Below are positions 40,127-53,057 of a stretch of 64,000 nucleotides of DNA, one piece after another. How positions within the stretch are numbered: position 1 is the first letter of the stretch; each line of letters opens with the position of its first letter. Location of the stretch: positions 43,772,001 to 43,836,000 of the forward strand of contig OX597833.1 of the NCBI GenBank assembly GCA_951406725.2, read 5' to 3'. The notes under the pieces were generated by a model that was not told the DNA's origin, did no database searches, and worked only from the letters and a program-made list of their open reading frames with translations. The DNA comes from Octopus vulgaris. Taxonomy: Eukaryota. The translations under genes and the position numbers were made by a program.

Positions 40127-40352
40127 TGTATGTATTGGTTTTAGCTGCCAATTCTGTCCAAGACATTGTAGATCTTTAGCTGGGCTAAAAAGTCACAATC
40201 GATCACAGCACCAATAACAGTTAAGCTTCGTGCAATGGCCATACTCGATAACGAGGGGGCAGCCATTATGTATTTATGTATGTATGTATGTATGTATGTA
40301 TGTATGTATGTATGTATGTATGTATGTATGTATGTATGTTTGTATGTATGTA
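39792..40352. repeat. Two (TATG)n microsatellite tracts
   Basis: Direct inspection; source of MYVC/HTYI pseudo-ORFs. Confidence 0.95.
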
Positions 40353-40399
40353 TTGGTGGATGGATGGATGGGTGTGTGATAGATGGATGGATTCAAATG

Positions 40400-40575
40400 T
40401 ATAGAAAACAAAAGACAGTGACGGGTGAGGGAACAACAAGCAGGTGTAATAGTTTGACACGCGGGAAAAATGCAAAAGTCTTTGCAGTTTCGAGCCTACG
40501 CTCTTCAACAGAAAGGGATTAGAGGGAGAGAGGGAGGAAACAGAATGAAAAAACGTGTCGGAATTAACGGTTCCA
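40400..40575 (-). mobile_element. Short repeat with hammerhead-like motif (same family as 52297-52480 and 55030-55215)
   Basis: cttt-CTGTTGA-A-GAGC(gtag)GCTC-GAAA at 40480-40515 minus; shared downstream acacctgcttgttgtt. Confidence 0.6.
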
Positions 40576-40991
40576 CATATGCATGTATGTGTGTATGCCC
40601 ATGCAGAGTTGGCTTTAACAAGGCTCAGTTCCCTCGTTCCTTTGTTTGACAGTTTCCTTGGAAGGAGTAGATGTTAAAGATGGTGAAGTTGCAGTCGTTA
40701 TGTTTTGATATTTTTTGTTTTAGATATTATTTGCTGAGGCTGGAGGAAGACGTAGAGCTGATGACTCTTGCAGGTCTTCCGTGACTTGTGTGATGCTATT
40801 AATGTCCCGTTTAATCTGTTGCCTATCAACAAATACAGGAAAGATATGACGAAATTCCAGTGGGCTGTTCTGGGACTGAAGGATTGATCATAAGGAGCAT
40901 TAGGGGAAAAAGATGGTTGAATGCACCAAGGGTTCCGAAAGATGAGAAGACAAGTGTGATTGGGGTGCCTGAGAGTTAGCGGTATGAGACA

Positions 40992-41222
40992 GGCGGCGAG
41001 CTGGCAGAAACGTTAGCACGTCGGGCGAAATGCTTAGCGGTATTTCGGCTGCCGTTACGTTGTGAGTTCAAATTCCGCCGAGGTCGACTTTGCCTTTCAT
41101 CCTTTCGGGGTCGATAAATTAAGTACCAGTTACGCACTGGGGTCGATGTAATCGACTTAATACCTATGTCTGTCCTTGTTTGTCCCCTCTGTGTTTAGCC
41201 CCTTGTGGGTAATAAAGAAATA
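40992..41222 (+). mobile_element. SINE family 2 monomer
   Basis: 11-bp TSD ggtatgagaca (40981-40991, 41223-41233). Confidence 0.9.
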
Positions 41223-41831
41223 GGTATGAGACAAGGCAGATCGGAAGATCAGAAGTCATCACAGTAGCAATAGAGAGGAGAGAGAAGAGAGAACATGCGT
41301 GTGGGCCAGAAGCTGGAGTGTGTGCACTCCGAAATGATTGCGACTGAAATCTAAGAGGCTGGATACAACCGGTCCCAAATAAGATGTTAACAGGCTCAAA
41401 GACAACAGTGTAAGCGAGATGTATTCACAGCAACTTAGATCTGTTCAACCTGGAGTATGTTCAGGGGGATGAGGCCCAACCCACCTCGGTGTACTGGAGT
41501 CTTAGACTCTGATGGCGCACTTCTGAATAAGGGGCCCAGGGTGGTTCATACTTTGAGTAGTTGTATAAAGTGGACCCACTACAGCGATAAACCAGTGAAG
41601 AGTGGGGAGTAGCCAGTGTTCGTGGCATCCATGGGTGGGGGTGATCAAACCTTCTGAAGGCTTGTTCTTGCGGCAGATTGCTCAATCTTGAGCAGCGGCA
41701 TCATACCGTTGGGAGGGAAAGAGTTCGGTCAGTGGCAAAATTGCAAATCAGACATCCGAAACTAACACGAAGACTGCTTTATAACTGAAGCATATGTTAA
41801 AGTTGAAGTTCCCAGAAATGTGAAGTGCTAA

Positions 41832-42338
41832 TATAAGCTAATTCCTCTAGATGGCAAACACTTTCAGAATATTGAAAATGGCGATGCAAGAACTGTTGAG
41901 TTTGCAAGGCGTGAAGGAACACGAACTGAAATGCATCGGCAGATATTTGAACAAGTTCTGACGTCTATTAAAAAAATTATGGTACCGGATACAGATTCTT
42001 CTTTCCTTCTTGATGATCTTGCTGACTCGAGGAAAACTTACCTCTACAACACTTTGATCATTTACTTGGATATCCTGAAAAATATTCTCTTTTTGTTTGC
42101 AAATAAGGGAATTATGAAGGATTTGCTTATTGAAGGAAATTCTCTGTTCCAATCGTTGAAAACTCAGTACTTGAGAAGAGGTTCTGAAAACTCTGCAAAT
42201 ATGAAGTCGGATTTAATAACAGTTGATGAAACCTCAGTGATTTCCAACAACACCGTTGATACCTTTTGGCATAAATTACGCAATCATATAGGTCACTTGA
42301 TAGTTAAGCTCTTTTGGATGAGCAGAGAGTATTGCTAG
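41832..42338 (+). pseudogene. Decayed PIF1-type helicase fragment, probably from a Helitron RepHel
   Basis: RQIFEQV...FLLDDLADSRKTYLYNTLI (eroded Walker A, cf. FFLDGPGGTGKTYLYNTL), ANKGIMKDLLIEG (motif Ia), DLITVDETSVIS (Walker B). Confidence 0.7.
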
Positions 42339-43382
42339 GCAATATGCGTTATACACAGGGGTTTAAACTCTGCATTTTGAGAGTCATCAGTCTATCAGCG
42401 AACTAACATTTACGTGCGCACTAGAAGGCAAGAAGATTTCTGTTGATGGTTATTGCAAATTAGTAACGGTCCAGTCGCCAGATATTACGATAGGTCACGT
42501 TTTATCTTTACGTGATATTGTAAGAAATATTTGCAAAATCTCTTGATTTTGAAAATAATGGTGACATGAAAGATATTATGATGAAGATTATTATTGTTAC
42601 TCCTCTAAAATAAAAGCCCATTGAAAGTAAATAAATCTAATCTGACTCTACGTAGGTAATGTCTTTTCATGTCCTGCATATTCATAGAAGGACGTAGTAA
42701 GAGGGATTAAGAAAGAGTAAGATGCGTTTATCTCAAGGATTAATCTGCCACCACATAATGCAAATTATCTTTCTGTGACAAATGGAACATAATTTCCAAT
42801 CATAGCTGCATTTGCTATTACCATCAACAAGTCATATCTAAGTAGCACTATTTACTTGTTTCACCTAGTTTTACCTAGAGTGTGTGTATGTGTGTCAAAG
42901 GAAGTTATTTTATGGTATTCTTTCGTTTGAAGAAGCAAAGTTGTCAACTCGACATATATGGGATCATATGATTGTCCGTTAATTTCCGTAAAATTGTTTT
43001 AATTTCTGTATGCTTTGAAGAGAGCAGAAATTGAAAGAGGATAAAGTGAAAAGGCGACACTTGCTTTGAAGTGAGAGGAGAAAGTAAAAGCAGAGAAAGT
43101 GTAGGATGCATGTGTATATGAAATGGATATGTGTAAGAGAGAAACAGAGAGAGAAAAAGAGAGAGTGAGTGAAGGTGTGTTGTGATGTATGAATTTTTTT
43201 GCATGGATAAGTGGTACTCACTCGCTCTCTCTCCCCCTCTCATACACACACACACCACACACACACGCATTATCTTTCATACACACGTACATAGTGGAGG
43301 TAAAGAATACGCACACCACCCGTTTTTGGCATAACCCTAACAGTATTCTTTACCTTCGTCCATAAATACATATACATATAAC

Positions 43383-43435
<53 letters not shown>

Positions 43436-44037
43436 AGAGAGTGTGTGACTGTATTTCCTCATAATATATAGAAAAATGGATGTCTTTCAATGCAATCTTT
43501 TTTTGGGGGGTTGTGGCTTATTTTAATACAATATTTATGTGCACATTTTCATAAATGTTTGTCTCAATAGAATTCTATGCATGCGTGAAACATCTCACGA
43601 AAGTGAAACATTGGAAGCAAATCGAAATATTGTCCGAATATGACCTGAAAATTGTGCGACCCAAAGTAGTTGCCGAGGTTATTTTAGTTGTAAAAAAGAG
43701 TTGTTGAGTCAAAAACATAGTTTATTTGGTAGACAGATAATAATCAGGTTTCTTTGTTATAATACAGATGTGAATAATTCAGAGAAACATTACTTTCATT
43801 ATTCACACATCGTCACTCTCATAATGCAACACTTTGTAATTTCGGTTTAAATTGAAAGTGTGAAACTATTTTCATTTTTTAAAGACGAGAAGCGTTTTTG
43901 AAATCACTATAGCTGATTATTGAGATAATGTAGAAAATATGTAAATATGTTTATTTTACATGTGTAATTGATGTGACTGTTCTGGTCTTAACATCAGTTG
44001 GTAAGAATAGAAGTCATCTAACGACACCCTTTTGTTT

Positions 44038-45650
44038 CATCATCATCATCATCATCATCATCATCGTTTAACGTCCCCTTTCCATGCTAGCATGGGTTGG
44101 ACGGTTCAACTGGGGTCTGGGAAGCCCGAAGGCTTGCACCAGGTCAGTCAGATCTACAGCTGGATGCCCTTCCTAATGTTTCTACAGCTGGATGCCCTTC
44201 CTAACGCCAACCACTCCGTGAGTGTAGTGGGTGCTTTTTATGTGCCACCGACACAGGTGCCAGACGAGGCTGGCGAACGGCCACGCTCGGATGGTGTTTT
44301 TTACGTGCCACCGGCACGGAGGCCAGGCGAAGCTGGCAAACAGCCACGATCGGATGGTGTTTGTTACGTGCCACCAGCACGGAGGCCAGTCGATGCGGTA
44401 CTGGCTACGGCCACATTCGGATGGTTTTCTTATGTGCCACCGGCACTGGTATCACAAAACTACAAATTCCATTGATGTTCATCGATTTTGATTTGATTCT
44501 TTGATTTTTGATTTTTTTGATTTTCACTTGCCTCAACAGGTCTTCACAAGTAGAGTTATGTGTCCCAAGAAGGAAGGTATGCACAGGTGGACTGACTACG
44601 TCCCAGGTAGGGACCATGGGTTATGGCCTCACTTGTCCTGCCGGGTCTTCTCACGCACAGCATACTTCCAAAGGTCTCGGTCTCTGGTCATTTCCTCGGT
44701 GAGACCTAAAGAGCGAAGGTCGTTCTTCACCACCTCGTCCCAGGTTTTCCTGGGTCTACCTCTTCCACAGGTTCCCTCAACCGCTAGGGTGTGGCACTTT
44801 TTCACACAACTATCTTCATCCATTCTTACTACGTGTCCATACCTGCGTAGACGCCTCTCTTGCACACCACATCTGATGCTTCTTAGGTCCAACTTTTCTC
44901 TCAAGGCACTTACACTCTGTCGGGTATGAACACTGACATTACACATCCAACGGAGCATACTGGCTTCATTTCTTGCGAGCTTACGCATATCCTCAGCAGT
45001 CACGGCCCATGTTTCACTGCCATGTAGCATGGCTGTTCGCACACATGCGTCATACAGTCTGCCTTTTACTTTGAGCGAGAGGCCTTTTGTCACCAGCAGA
45101 GGTAAGAGCTCTCTGAACTTTCCCCAGGCTATTCTTACTCTAGCAGTTACACTTTCGGCACACCCACCCCCGATACTGACTTGGTCACCTAGGTGACGGA
45201 AACTATCAACTATTTCAAGTTTTTCTCCCTGGAATGTGGCGGAAGATGGTCTCTGCGCATTTTCAGTGTTTATTGCACCAGAGCATCTGTCACAAACAAA
45301 AACTATCTTCCTCGTTAGCCTTCCTTTGACATTGCTGCACCTCTTATGTGTCCATAGCTTACACTTAGTGCATACCTACGCCTTTTCTACAGATCGAGCA
45401 GGGCTATCTACCTGAAGGCATTTGAGATTTGTCTACCTTCCTACTTATTAGGACTTTGGTTTTAGCTAGATTGACTCTAAGGCCCTTCGATTCTAATCCT
45501 TGCTTCCACGCCTGAAACTTCTCATCCAGTTCTGATAGTGATTCAGCAATTAGAGCAAGGTCATCAGCATAGAGGAGCTCCCAGGGGCATCCTGTCTTGA
45601 ATTCCTCCGTTATTGCCTGGAGGACTATGATAAATAGGAGGGGGCTGAGG
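44038..45650 (-). mobile_element. RTE LINE 3' half (RT C-terminal part to (ATG)n tail)
   Basis: LSPLLFIIVLQAITEEFKTGCPWELLYADDL; KGRLYDACVRTAMLHGSETW; GRGRPRKTW. Confidence 0.95.
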
Positions 45651-47210
45651 TGACTTCAATGGACATGTTGGACGGCATGTCGGGGGCTTCCATGGCATAC
45701 ACGGGGGCTACGGTTTTGGTTCTCGCAATGAGCAGGGAACCAGGCTGCTGGAGTTCTGTGATGCAAATGACCTTATGATTTGCAATACCAACTTCAGGAA
45801 ACCCACCTCTCACCTAGTCACCTACCGTTCTGGCAGACACACTAGCCAGATCGACTACATCCTCGCCAGAAAGAGGGAAAGAGGGCTGCTTATAAATGCC
45901 AAAACCTTCCCAGGCTAGGAATGTACTCCTCAACATAGATTAGTCGTTAGCGACTTCAGGATCAGGGCCAAATGGCTGCCCAGAAGAAGACCAGCTCGGA
46001 GGAGAAGAGTCTGGAAACTTAAAGATCCTGTAAATGGACAGAGATTTAGAGAAGTTCTACTCGAAGCTTTCGACGAAATAGAAGGGGATATAGCATCACA
46101 AAATGTGGAAGCCAACTGGAGGTTTCTACGGGACAATCTGCTGAGAGCCACTGACAAGATCTGTGGATGGAGCAAAGTCCCATCTCGTCCCAGGGTAACG
46201 TGGTGGTGGAACAATGTTGTAGACAGGGCTATTAGAGACAAGAGACAGGCTTGGAAGGACTGGAGGAAAGGCGGTAGTAGGGAATTGTATCAGACTGCGA
46301 AAAGACAAGCTAGGAGACAGGTATATTTAGCCAGAGGGGAAGCAGATAAGAAAAATTTGCCAATGTTCTTCGCCGTGAGGACCAAAGACTTGAGGTGTTT
46401 CGTATTGCAAGACAGTGTGTGAGAGAGAATCGTGATGTGGTAGGAGAGAAATGTGTTCGCATGGATGATGGTTCACTTGCGCTAAATGAGGATGCAAAGA
46501 GAGAGGTTTGGAGACGCCACTATGAAAGGTTGCTCAACAAAGAGAATGAATGGGATAAAGAGAGCCTGCCGAATGTCGACCCAATAGAGGGACCAGCTAT
46601 CTGAGTTGACAGTTCCATGGTAGTTAAGGCAATTGGAAGCATGAAGACAGGGAAAGCCCCAGGCCCATCAGGAATTACTGCTGAGATGCTCAAAATATCT
46701 GGCAGTGTCGGCTATAGCCTAGTCACCCGTATAGTTAACCAGGTGATACACGAAGGAGTCATACCCAATGACTGGTGTAGTAGCATAATAGTCAACTGCT
46801 ACAAATGTAAAGGTGACGCCCTAGATACAAGTAATTACAGAGGTATCAAGCTGTTGGACCAGGTAATGAAGATTACGGAAAGGGTCATGGCCCAACTGAT
46901 TAGAGAGAGAGTCAACCTAGATGAGATGCAGTTTGGTTTCGTGCCAGGGAAAAGCACCACTGATGCCATATTTCTGGTGAGACAGCTGCAGGAGAAATAC
47001 CTAGCCAAAGATAAAACTCTGTACCTGGCTTTCGTTGACTTGGAGAAAGCCTTTGACAGGGTCCCCCGTTCCCTTATCTGGTGATCAATGAGGAAACTAG
47101 GGATAGATGAATGGTTAGTGAGAGCTGTGCGTGCCATGTACAGGGACGCTGTTAGTAAGGTGAGGGTTGGCAACGAGTACAGTGAAGAATTCCGGGTGGA
47201 GGTTGGGGTA
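45649..47210 (+). mobile_element. Inverted 5' segment of the same RTE LINE (EN C-terminal part to RT mid-region)
   Basis: Starts GDFNGHVG, contains KAPGPSGI, NYRGIKLL, QFGFVPGKSTTDAIF, FVDLEKAFDRV; ends EEFRVEVGV. Confidence 0.95.
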
Positions 47211-47923
47211 ATTGGCTATCTTGTTGCAGGTTCAATCCATGGAATATTGAAATGATATCCACCTTGTCCATTCCGCAGAATAAGAGTATACTGAAGAGCA
47301 TGATAGGTGGGACGAGCGTATGAAACACGTTCAAGGTTGTTATGTTGAACATAGATGATAATATCATGATTTTCATGGGGATCACCAACCATAAGGATGG
47401 CTACTTCATTAGATGTAAGCTCATTAAAACAGCGTAAACTGTTCTTTACTATAGTTTACTATAGACGTAAGGTGCACAGAAACCCACTCATAGAATTGAT
47501 AATATTGAAAACAGCAAAATGTACACATACGAAGTTCAAGCGACACGAAAAGTAGTCAATATAATTGCAAACCATACTTTCTGTAGCATAATTATGCTAT
47601 AAAAAAATGGAAAGTCAACTCTGTGACACCAATGTAAAAGTACAGAAAGTCAAATTTTATTTGGAACATGTACTAAACGCAGTTCTATATTTAAGAAATG
47701 AGGAATTATGTACATTATTTACAATTATCTTTAGTGGAAAATATAATGGTCAGATGATTTTCAAATTCTCTTAATGCTGAATCACACTACCTTAATTTTA
47801 TAAAGAGAAGCTTCAGTAATTTTCTATGTTAAAATGAGATTAGGTGTGTATCTGTGTGGTGGTGGTGGTGGTGGTGTTAATGAAGTGTAAGATAATGTGT
47901 TTTGATAAAAAAAAGTGGATGAC

Positions 47924-47972
<49 letters not shown>

Positions 47973-48082
47973 AAAACACAAGATTGGACTTGGAATGTTT
48001 GTTGATAGAAATATATCTTTTCATATTTATATTTGGTTTGGGGAAGTGCTAGCTCACATATTTACTTCCTACATATAAAAAA

Positions 48083-48115
<33 letters not shown>

Positions 48116-48135
48116 GCACACACACATATATACAC

Positions 48136-49805
48136 TACGGTGATGCAAAGAAGGGATCAAAAAAATTTCTTTTTTCAATTTTCAGGGAGACACCCTCCTA
48201 TTTTATTCATATTCCTAAGAAAGCATTGTATGCGAAATTAGGGATTAAAAGAGAGAAAATTAGAAGTTGCTACCAAGCTTTAAAAATAAATGTATATCAG
48301 TTTGAGCTAAAAAATATTGTTTTCTTTTTAAATATTTTCCCCGGAACCAATTTGATATATACCTAGTTAACCTAGTTTGAAAAACAAAAACGATGACATT
48401 TTAGGCTATAGTACATAGTGAGGTAGAGCTTATAGCGCGTTAACTTTTTTATGTGAAATATTTCGTTTTTGGATTTGGTTTGCAAGATTCTTTATATGAG
48501 TTCGTGTGTTGAAGCATATTCTGTTGTGTTTGGGGAGAGTCATTCTCTTTTAGAGAGTCAAGACTATTGAAAATTTTTTATGTGAAAGCTTTCCCAGTAG
48601 GCATATCATAACCACCGTAAGTTTATGTTTTTTTGTAAGCAAGTGTAATGTTTTCTTGTTTTGTTTGAGAGTGATGACCTGTAATTTTTAACAATTTAAA
48701 GACAGTATTGTTTCTACTCTTCATCATTGATTATCAGTTTGTTGTATTCCCCCATCAGTTGTACACCTCTTTCCGCAATGTCGTTTACCACTTTGATTCT
48801 GTATGCAATATCTCTTGCATTTGCATAACTTTCATCACCATTCTACTCTTCAGCATCTTTTTCAAGAAAAGTGCAATGCATCTCTAGGATTTTAAAGAAT
48901 CTTTTTGTGTTGGCTGTAACAAAATCCTGCACTTGTTTCCGCCCAGTTGATTCAGGATTTATTGATGCTCGTTTGTTCGGTTTTGAGTCAACTGGCTTCT
49001 GCAGAGCATGCTTCATCTTATTTTTTTCATGTGAAACAGCTGAATCAAAAAATGCAAGTGCCACAAGCTCCTCAGAGAGGTACCACAAATGTCTCAAAAA
49101 CTTATTGAGAGCAGCACTTGCAATTTTGTCATCCTTTTGATTGTAGAGCTGCAGACTTTACACAAAATGCAAATTTTAACAGAGGTGCACAAGAGGGTAT
49201 GGATATTAGATCTGATGTATAACGCAGCTGAAAAGCAGCAAAGATCTCTCAGTCCTTTTACCTCTGTTTCAGTTAGTTTAAACTGGATTTAAAGAACCAA
49301 ATTTTTAATGCAGAAAATTAGCTTGTCCATCCATCGTGCTCTGTGATAAGCTCCGGGTGCTTCAAAGCTGATTCCTGACTTGGGGATACTACCAAGGAAA
49401 ATGAGCATTAGCTCGAGCAATTCCTTGTAGTCATCACGAGGCTGCTGTTCATCAAACTGAACTTGAGCAAACTGAATGATTTCTTCAGCATCTGAGATTT
49501 TCTCTGCAATGTTAGGGTCATCTGTTTCTGTTTGGTAATTGTTCTTGTCAATTTCCACCAACATTGATTTGAATCTCTTAAACAGTTGTATGTCAGGGCC
49601 AGTAGAAAATGGTAAGGGGACAGAAAATGTACAATAAATACAACCTGAAAAATAACAATATACAAAATGTTCAGTGGATGGTAGCAAACTCTAAAATGTC
49701 TTCAATTAGGCTGAAATTTTGCATGTTGAGTTTTTGCACTAAATTAAATAAAATTAGAGATTGTCTTCAAGTTTTTGAAATGGTAAGTTATTTTGCATCA
49801 CCCTA
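48136..49805 (-). mobile_element. Internally deleted hAT transposon (hATm-like)
   Basis: TIR ta(c/g)ggtgatgcaaa; 8-bp TSD atatacac / atatacaa; transposase pieces QPRDDYKELLEL, PGAYHRARWM, HLWYLSEELVALAFFD, VVNDIAERGV. Confidence 0.85.
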
Positions 49806-50924
49806 ATATACAAACATGTACATATATATATATTCATAGATACACACATATATACACAAACACACACATATTTTGAAAAATATTTTGACACAAATGAAAT
49901 TTTAATGTTGAAGTGAAACTGGTAATACTTAAATACAGAGGGTTGTTTTAGGATGTGCTAGAAACAACAGCCAAATCGCCCTTAAATCACTCACTTTTCT
50001 CTCTGAAAGTATAAACAATTTTTTTTTTCTTTTTTTTACTGAAAATGCTCTTCCCATGATTTTGAAGTACAAAAAAAGAAAGAAAAAAACATTGGCCAAA
50101 ATAGTTCCGGAGTGAGATGATGAGGGAGCGGGGTGTAGAAAAAGAGTTTTCAAAACATTTTTCATACAAAGATACACCCCCACCCAACACCATCATTTCG
50201 AAGGCTGTGGCTTAAAAAAAATTGGGAAAATCCCCGAAAGAATTATCCCCACAAATTTCTGTATAATCATAATCTATGCCGTTTGAAAGGGATTTGTATA
50301 AAGTTTCATTAAAAGATACCCGTCTTCCTGAAAGTTATGAGGGCAAAATGTTAGATCGTGTGAATTTTCAGAAACTCCTCTCTTCACCCCCTTGGAAAAA
50401 TTTTATCCCATAAATCTCTATATACTTTGAAGCCACAACATCTAAGCAGTATTTGTAGAAAACGTTGTCAAAAAAGTATCCATTTTTCTGGATATTATGA
50501 GGCAACAAAGTCGGGGGTGTACACATTTGTTGTAATGCCCTTTTATTTATACGATTTTTTTTTCATTTCATGTTTATTTCATTCATTGTTTGCAGTGTTC
50601 TCTCTCCACCCACTTTCTCTCTCTCTCTCACACACTGAAAAGCTTACAGATGTGTTGCTGAATTGTTGTTTTGAGGGAAGGAAAAACTTGACAACCACTT
50701 CTCTCTCTGTTGCTGGACTACCGTGATGTTTATTTAAAAAAGAGAGATTATGACTGTGATAAAATAATGACAGCGAAATTTACTAAGCAAGTGAACACTA
50801 TAATACTATGAAATAATTAGACGTCATATATAAGAATTATTAGAATTTGGAATCAAATGTGAAAATATTATGGTGCCAGCAGGAAACCGCCCGGAGGGTG
50901 GTCATTCCGTTAGTATATATATAT

Positions 50925-51143
50925 ATTTCTTTACTGCCCACAAGGGGCAAAGCATAGAGGGGACAAACAAGGACAGACAAAGGGATTAAGTCGATTATAT
51001 CGACCCCACTGCGTAACTGGTACTTTATTTATTTACCCCGAAAGGATGAAAGGCAAAGTCGACCTCGGCGGAATTTGAACTCAGAACGTAACGGCAGACG
51101 AAATACGGCTACGCATTTCGCCCGGCGTGCTAACGTTTCTGCC
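50925..51143 (-). mobile_element. SINE family 2 monomer, head slightly truncated
   Basis: Homology to family 2. Confidence 0.9.
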
Positions 51144-51459
51144 AAGAAACACACAAAACTGTTAGTTTCACTTCAACATTGAAATTTAATTTGTCAAAAT
51201 ATTTTCGTCGCTTTGAGACCGCGACCTGTTCACTGACAAAGCTTCGTGCTGCACGAGATGCAGCACGAAGCTTTGTCAGTAAACAGGTCGCGGTCTCAAA
51301 GCGACGAAAATATTTTGACAAATTAAATTTCAATGTTGAAGTGAAACTAACGGTTTTGTGTGTTTCTTAAATTACTTATAAACACCTTCCATGCTGCAAT
51401 TGTTTTCGTTCCAGCACACAATCTCAGATCAGGTCACTTGCTATGCAAGTAAATCTCCG

Positions 51460-51460
<1 letters not shown>
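51144..51460. mobile_element. ~200-bp hammerhead-bearing element (51259-51460) preceded by an inverted partial copy, giving a 110-bp-arm palindrome
   Basis: Arms 51144-51253 and 51259-51368, 2 mismatches, loop cgaga; single copy at 53438-53635. Confidence 0.85.
51190..51240 (-). ncRNA. Minimal hammerhead-like motif with G3-C8 core
   Basis: tttgtca-GTGAACA-G-GTCGC(ggtctcaaa)GCGAC-GAAA-atat-TT-tgacaaa. Confidence 0.6.
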
Positions 51461-51501
<41 letters not shown>

Positions 51502-51535
51502 CTGAGAAATATTTTAATGAACTTTTATTTAACAA

Positions 51536-51878
51536 CTAGACTACTTGTGACCTGTTGGGTCACCAATATTTCAAGGTACCCGAAAAAATCGCGTATCTGG
51601 GAAACCCATGGTCTGATTTACGCGAAACTTGTTTAATTTCGTTTGTATTCACATGTCAATGGTACTTTACTTTCAAAGAATTTTTCCATTACGCGCTGGT
51701 TTGGCTATTTATAAAGGTTACCCGAAAAAAACTGTGTTTCTTAGGAACCTTTGGTCCAATTCACGCAAAACTTATTTTATTCCGTTTGTATTCACATTTC
51801 AAGCAAGCACGTAAGCAAGCAAACATGCAAGAAAGCATGCAAGAAAGCAAGCAAGTAAGCACGCAATCAAGCAAGCAC

Positions 51879-51929
<51 letters not shown>

Positions 51930-52043
51930 CGCAAGCAAGCACGCAAGCAAGCACGCAAGCAAGTAAGCATGCAAGCAAGTAAGCAAGCATGCAAGCAAGC
52001 AAGCACAGAAGCAAGCAATCACAGAGTTTTAGTATTATGTAGA
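51536..52043 (-). mobile_element. Non-autonomous Helitron containing (CAAG)n tract
   Basis: Minus strand: A|TCTACATAATAC...tgacccaacaggtca hairpin...CTAG|T; internal ~140-bp diverged tandem repeat. Confidence 0.7.
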
Positions 52044-52253
52044 TGAGAAAAACCCTAATATCACGACAAATTAATTCGTAACTCAAAAGCATGCAAATAG
52101 TTTACATTAACATTATTTACTAATAAATAAACTACGTCTGCATTAATGCAAAATGCAAAAGATTCGTTCAAAATGATGTAAAATTTGAGGTACGTCATCA
52201 GGTGAAAAAAAATCTTTTTACGAGTACTACCAGATTACTTGAATCCATATATT

Positions 52254-52297
<44 letters not shown>

Positions 52298-52346
52298 AGA
52301 TCGTTAGCTCCTACACGCATTTTTTCTCCTTGTTTTTTTCTGTGTA

Positions 52347-52384
52347 TCTTTCTGTTGATGAGCGTAGGCTCGAAACGTAAAAGA
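52347..52384 (+). ncRNA. Minimal hammerhead-like motif (A6U variant)
   Basis: tcttt-CTGTTGA-T-GAGC(gtag)GCTC-GAAA-cg-TA-aaaga. Confidence 0.55.
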
Positions 52385-52478
52385 CTTTTTCTATTTCTAT
52401 TTCTGAGCGCTATACTAATACATTTGCCTGTTTGTACTCCACCTGCCTTCGTCTTTTGTTTATTTTCGTAAACTTTCT

Positions 52479-52521
<43 letters not shown>

Positions 52522-52613
52522 ATCCAAACAAGAAAACACAAAAAAAAACACAACAACGCGAGGACGTGGAACAAATAAAGTATTGGATGCTCAGGAAAGA
52601 AAGGAAGAAGGAG

Positions 52614-52680
<67 letters not shown>

Positions 52681-53010
52681 GTATATGAGCGAGAGGATAT
52701 AGAAGAAGTTTTCATCAACTGACATAATGTAATAGATATGTACTATGGGTGCTCCGTTCAATTGATCACTAAGCCTCCAGCTTGAGCTACAAGTGACTAG
52801 TGTGATGTTGAGGCTGCTTATCAAAGACAGCTTGAAGTGGTTTCTTCTTGAAGATATAGATAAAAAATAAAACCAGGAAAAGAAAAACACTTGGTATCAC
52901 TCGAAAAAAAAAATTAATTTAGATAATATGATGTTTATATTATCAATCTAAATTAAAGAAACTTTCGAGTGATGTCAAATGTTTTTCCTTTTCTTTTTTA
53001 TTTTAATTTA

Positions 53011-53057
<47 letters not shown>

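Noticed and set aside
39666-40522. Long ORFs of MYVC/HTYI repeats (also 55312-55845, 51555-52092, 17749-18096)
   Set aside because: Translations of stop-free microsatellites
41270-41740. Possible old RTE linker fragment (YFE.LYKVDP)
   Set aside because: Only one short motif; too degenerate to call
41931-42338. 135-aa ORF as a host gene
   Set aside because: Eroded PIF1 helicase motifs with broken Walker A; better explained as a Helitron relic
50886-50913. Helitron-like 3' hairpin followed by TTAG
   Set aside because: Terminus is not CTAG and no convincing 5' end was found
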